Assembly (NCBI RefSeq): GCF_009914755.1
Contig: NC_060927.1
From: the human T2T-CHM13v2.0 reference genome, Homo sapiens
Length of the DNA stretch: 64,000 nucleotides
Strand: one strand, 5' to 3'
Positions within the stretch are counted from its first letter, which is position 1, and the number at the start of each line of letters is the position of its first letter. The position numbers were made by a program, and so were the translations under genes. Of the stretch, positions 59,615 to 64,000 are shown one piece after another. Below the pieces are notes generated by a model that was given only the letters and a program-made list of their open reading frames with translations, searched no databases and was not told the origin of the DNA.

Positions 59615-59774
59615 CTGTGCTTCTCAATCTTGGCTGCAAATTAGATTCACCTAATGAGCTTTAAAACTTCCTAATACCCAGGCCATACCAATTAAATCAG
59701 AGTATGGGGATGTGACCTAGGCAAAAGTTCTTGCTAAATCTCCCCAGGTGACTTTAGTGTTCAAAGAACCACTG
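59615..59774. mobile_element. MER5A1/MER5B-type MITE
   Basis: gtgcttctcaatcttggctgcaaattagattcacct...ctccccaggtgac...agaaccactg. Confidence 0.8.
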
Positions 59775-60249
59775 CTTAGTAATAAAGCCTAATCAGATTA
59801 AACTCATCAAAGAGTCGGACAGGTGCCATTATAAACCCATGTCTCCTGCCCAAGCTGGGCCGTTCAAGCTTCTGCATGACTTTTAATTTATTCTTAGCTC
59901 CCTCTCACATATATCATGGAGTATTATTCAAAGACCTTACATTGTATTACTTCCCTCTTAGCAGAATATCTTACCGTCTCGAAATAAAACCACAACAAAC
60001 CAAAACCAAAGGTAGCCATCCACTGTGCAATCCCCCAATTCCCCCTAATTCCCCTCCTCACTTAGCTACAGCTTCCTGAATCACCACTTCCTGCTCAATT
60101 GCAGAGCCAATGCCCTTGATTCATCTTCTTTTCTCCCCAGTCCCCTGCTCTTCTGTCTCCCCTCCTGCTCCCCTGCAGCTTCTCCTTTCCTTGGCCCAGC
60201 CTTCCTCTCAAGCTGCCACCCCAATTCTCTTCATCTCCTCCAGGCTGTT

Positions 60250-61340
60250 TGAATGCCTAACCTATAGTCACCATTTCAACTTCCTCAATGCTGTTTCTAC
60301 TCTGGCTTCCACTCTCACATGCTACCAAAAAAAGCTTCTCAAGGCCCCATCAATGAAAGGCCAGTTTCAATAATCCGCTCCCTCCTTGCCTTATCTCTCT
60401 TTACAGACACGCCTGATCTTTTCAGTGCTCTCTCATCTCAGCTGCCCCAACCACATTTCTTAATTCACTTCTTTCTCTTTCTCTGCTTACACTTTAAGTA
60501 CTTTTGTCCTGTAGGGTTCTACCCTTAGCTAGCTTCTAGACTCTGCATGTTCTTCTTGGGTGCTTCTGGCCAATCTTATGGCTTCAGCTAATTCTCACAT
60601 GATATTGGTTGGTAGCCCCCAACGTCTCTCCTAGAAACGTTGGGCTTTTACGTTCATCCATAAACACTGCAAAAACCCTCCAAATCTCTGTGCCTATAAC
60701 TGCCTAGAACATTCACTCAGAAACCACTCCCAACACACAAAACTAAATCCTAAAGGAATAAACAAATCAAAACAAAACAAAAAATAACAGCACAATAAAA
60801 ATTTCCTTCTGTCTCTGTGCCGCAATTTCTCCAGTCACCCAATCTCTAAGCTGCTGTCTTTCCAGTCACACATGAGACCTTGTGACACTTTAATAATCTA
60901 TTGAATCCATCTCTTTGTCTGAATTTCACTGCCCAAGTGACGGAACTCATTTTCCTCCATACAAATTATCATAATTTCCTTTCACAGAGCCACCAGAGAG
61001 ATTGTTTAAAAAACACAAATTTTACTGTATTGTTTCTACTTACAGCTCTTCAGCAGCTGCCCTTTGCTTCCTGCACGCATTACACTTTCTCATAGTGTGC
61101 TGATCCTTCCTTCCATGAGTGTCCGCACATCCTTTGCAGGGTTCTTACTATACACAGCCCTCACGCCTCTCAGCTTGTGCTCCAGCCTCACCCAGTGCTG
61201 CACTGCACTGACTCCTAGGAGACCTTTTCAGATGTTGCTTGTTATCTCGACATTCCCTCCCCTCAGAGAATCCTACTTATCCTTTAAGATTCAGATAAAG
61301 AATTACTTCTTCTGTGAACTTGTTCTCTGAATGGCTTTCT
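60250..61340 (+). mobile_element. Degenerate L2
   Basis: cttctcaaggcc...aaggccagtttca...cacagagccaccagagagattgtttaaa...atcctacttatcctttaagattcag. Confidence 0.65.
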
Positions 61341-61628
61341 CCTCTTTCACCTCTATTATGGAGTTAGTCACTTCCTAAGTCAGGCTCACACAGAGAGGAT
61401 AATATAATTGATCACATTGTTTTAAAATTTTTAGAATTTTATTTAAATTTCACCTGTGAAAATAAGCATGTTCTTGTATGGACTGAAATGCTATAAATAA
61501 TGAGAAAATTCATTTTATTATCCCCCGTTTCAATCTCTTTCCCAGAGGTCAACATGGTTATCACTTGAATGTGTAAGCTTGTAGAACTTTTATTACAATT
61601 TGAATGTACACATACAAATATTGAATTA

Positions 61629-61924
<296 letters not shown>

Positions 61925-61929
61925 TATTA

Positions 61930-62396
61930 GTTTTTGAAGCTTTATTGAAATATAATCGACATAAACATTACATATTCAAAATATGTAATTTGATAAATTT
62001 TGATATATAGTATGTATATAACGGTGAAATCATCCATGTTTCTCTCTACCACTTTGTAATCCCCCTCTCCCATCCTTTCCCGACCTACAATTCCCAGATA
62101 ACCACTGTCGTTTTCTGTCATGATGTTTACATGTCCTGACATTTTATATGAATGGAATCATACAATATATGGTATCTTTTTTTCTGTCTTCTTTTACTCA
62201 GCAAAATTATTTTGAGATTCATCCATGTTCTTGCATTCCTTTTTATTCCTGAGGAGTATTTTATTGTACAGATACATTTGTGTCTCCATTAAACTATTCA
62301 GAAAAATTTGAGTTGTTTTTAGCTTTTGGCTGTTATAAATCTGCTGTGATATTTGTGTGCAAATCTTCATATGGGCACATGCTTTCATTTCTCTGT
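61930..62396 (-). mobile_element. L1MC/L1MD-type 3' end
   Basis: gctttattgaaatataatcgacata...aatggaatcatacaatat...ttttgagattcatccatgtt. Confidence 0.75.
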
Positions 62397-62472
62397 TATA
62401 TATTATATGTATTATATATTATGTATATATATTTATACATGTACATAATATATATGTTATATATAATGTATA
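62397..62472. repeat. Degenerate (TA)n low-complexity tract
   Basis: tatatattatatgtattatatattatgtatatat... Confidence 0.85.
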
Positions 62473-62599
62473 TGGTGTTACACTGAATGGGAGTAATGGG
62501 GAAAATTCCATCTACTTCCTCTACCTGAAAGTAGAAATTGAGCTCCAAATCAAATTCCTATATCTCTTTAGTTCCATGAGATTGTCCAGATATCTACTC

Positions 62600-62892
62600 A
62601 GTTATCTGACTCAGCTGCAGTCTTCTGCTTGGTCTCTCAGCCTCTTGCCCTATGCCTAGAATTGGCAAATGCCTTGTGAGAAAAAGTAGCATGGAGAATC
62701 TCAGTTAACCTCTCTAAGATTCCCTTTCCTCTCTGATCTTGGCCTCCCACCTGTGTGTTGCTTTCACAGCTTTTCTCTTTCAAACAGATGTGGTTTTTAG
62801 TTTGTTTGTTTTATATCAAGCTTTTCCAAGTGTTTGTAGCAGAAGCATCAGTCTGCTTCAAGCTACCCCAATGGAGTAAAAAATAGAAGTTT
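62600..62892 (-). mobile_element. Ancient L1M/HAL1-like 5' end remnant
   Basis: tggcaaatgccttg...cttcaaacagatg...agtctgcttcaagctac...agaagt. Confidence 0.45.
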
Positions 62893-62964
62893 AAGATGAA
62901 GAAACATTATAGACATATCATACTTTTCTATTATTAAATAAGAATATTTGCTAATCTGGTTATT

Positions 62965-63160
62965 TTTATTCACTCATTTTACAAATATTTGTTCAATGTG
63001 AATTGTGTATAAGTTCTCTGCCAGACACCAGCAATGCAGCATTGACTCAAATAGACAAAGCTGCCATTATGAAACTTCAAGTCTAGTAGGAGACCTAGAT
63101 GTTAAACAAATAATGCCATGCATAAATATAGAATTATGAACTGTTATAAATGCCAAGCAT
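62965..63160 (-). mobile_element. L2 3' end
   Basis: attcactcattttacaaatatttgttc...gaaacttcaagtctagtaggagac. Confidence 0.7.
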
Positions 63161-63379
63161 AATCGTGATTATAATAATAATAGCTAACCTTGATAAATTT
63201 TTTTCCATATGCAGTTCTCTACTTAAATGTTATTTAACTCACAGATATCTCATACAATGGAAGAGTAAGCTTATTAGAGAAACTTAATGCTATGGCTATT
63301 TGAATTCCCAGTTAAAGCTTGAGATTATAAATTAATAGTGCTATTAAGTCTGTCAGGTTGGTGGATTTTCTCCTTCAGA

Positions 63380-63800
63380 GCTGACCTGGGTATAAGTGTA
63401 TAGAAGGCAGATCAATGGGTTGGAAAGTGAAAAGAGGAGGTGGATAATGGATATTGAGAAATTGGAGATGTTAATAGGCTGGGTAATGCATTGATATTAG
63501 AAAGAAAACTGTAGCAGTGGGGGTACTCGAGCAAGTAAGTTGGAATGGAAGAAAATTGTGATCAGAAAAATGGAGCATGGAAGTGATAATGAATGTAAAC
63601 AGTTTTTGCTGATGAGAAAGTAAAGGTTATGACTACTTGAGTGGGTAGCTAAGGCAAAGGAGAAGTTCCTAGGAATGAGGAAGTATGGGAACTGAGAGTT
63701 TAAGGATGGCTAATTTATGGAATTGTCAAAGTTATTTAGGATGCTTAGCAGGAGCTGCAGTAGAGAAGACTAAGTTTGGAGGAGGGCATTAGAAATGGAT
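63380..63800 (-). mobile_element. Probable L2 internal remnant
   Basis: Purine-rich; gactacttgagtgggtagctaagg...gggaactgagagtttaaggatgg resembles L2 ORF2 antisense. Confidence 0.4.
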
Positions 63801-64000
63801 TTAAATTTTTGTCAAGGTTCTGTATTGTATCTGTAGCTGCTACTGTTACTAGGATTTGCTTTTGAATTATTTTAAGCAATAGGGTTCCGTGCTAAACAAA
63901 ATCTTTCAAAGCTAGCCTGAAGTGGCCCGATGTTATATGCATCATAACTATGAACATGAATTAGGTAATTGTGCTATAATATAGTGCCTTTGAGACAACT

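Overview
AT-rich primate genomic DNA, probably hominoid or human because it contains AluY-class and L1PA3-class elements. By my estimate about three-quarters of it is interspersed repeat. I found no recognisable host protein-coding exon, RNA gene or CpG island. Every ORF with a recognisable product is a broken L1 ORF1/ORF2/ORF0 or MaLR-internal remnant. Main structures: (i) a 5'-truncated L1PA3-type element inserted in the poly(A) tail of an older L1PA, itself inside an L2 (12.1-15.8 kb); (ii) a complete MSTA MaLR provirus with a 5-bp TSD (18.2-20.7 kb); (iii) a near-full-length L1MA3/4-type element with a ~80-bp tandem array in its 5' region, hosting a full-length L1PA5/6, an L1PA 3' fragment and an Alu monomer (33.5-46.8 kb); (iv) an L1PA16-type element interrupted by an internally deleted L1MA2 that appears to carry an ancient 3' transduction containing an L2 piece (48.1-56.4 kb). 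I see no evidence for a new multi-gene system; the findings concern retrotransposon mechanics and candidate non-coding elements. Subfamily names come from recalled consensus features, not a database search. Boundaries of old repeats are approximate.
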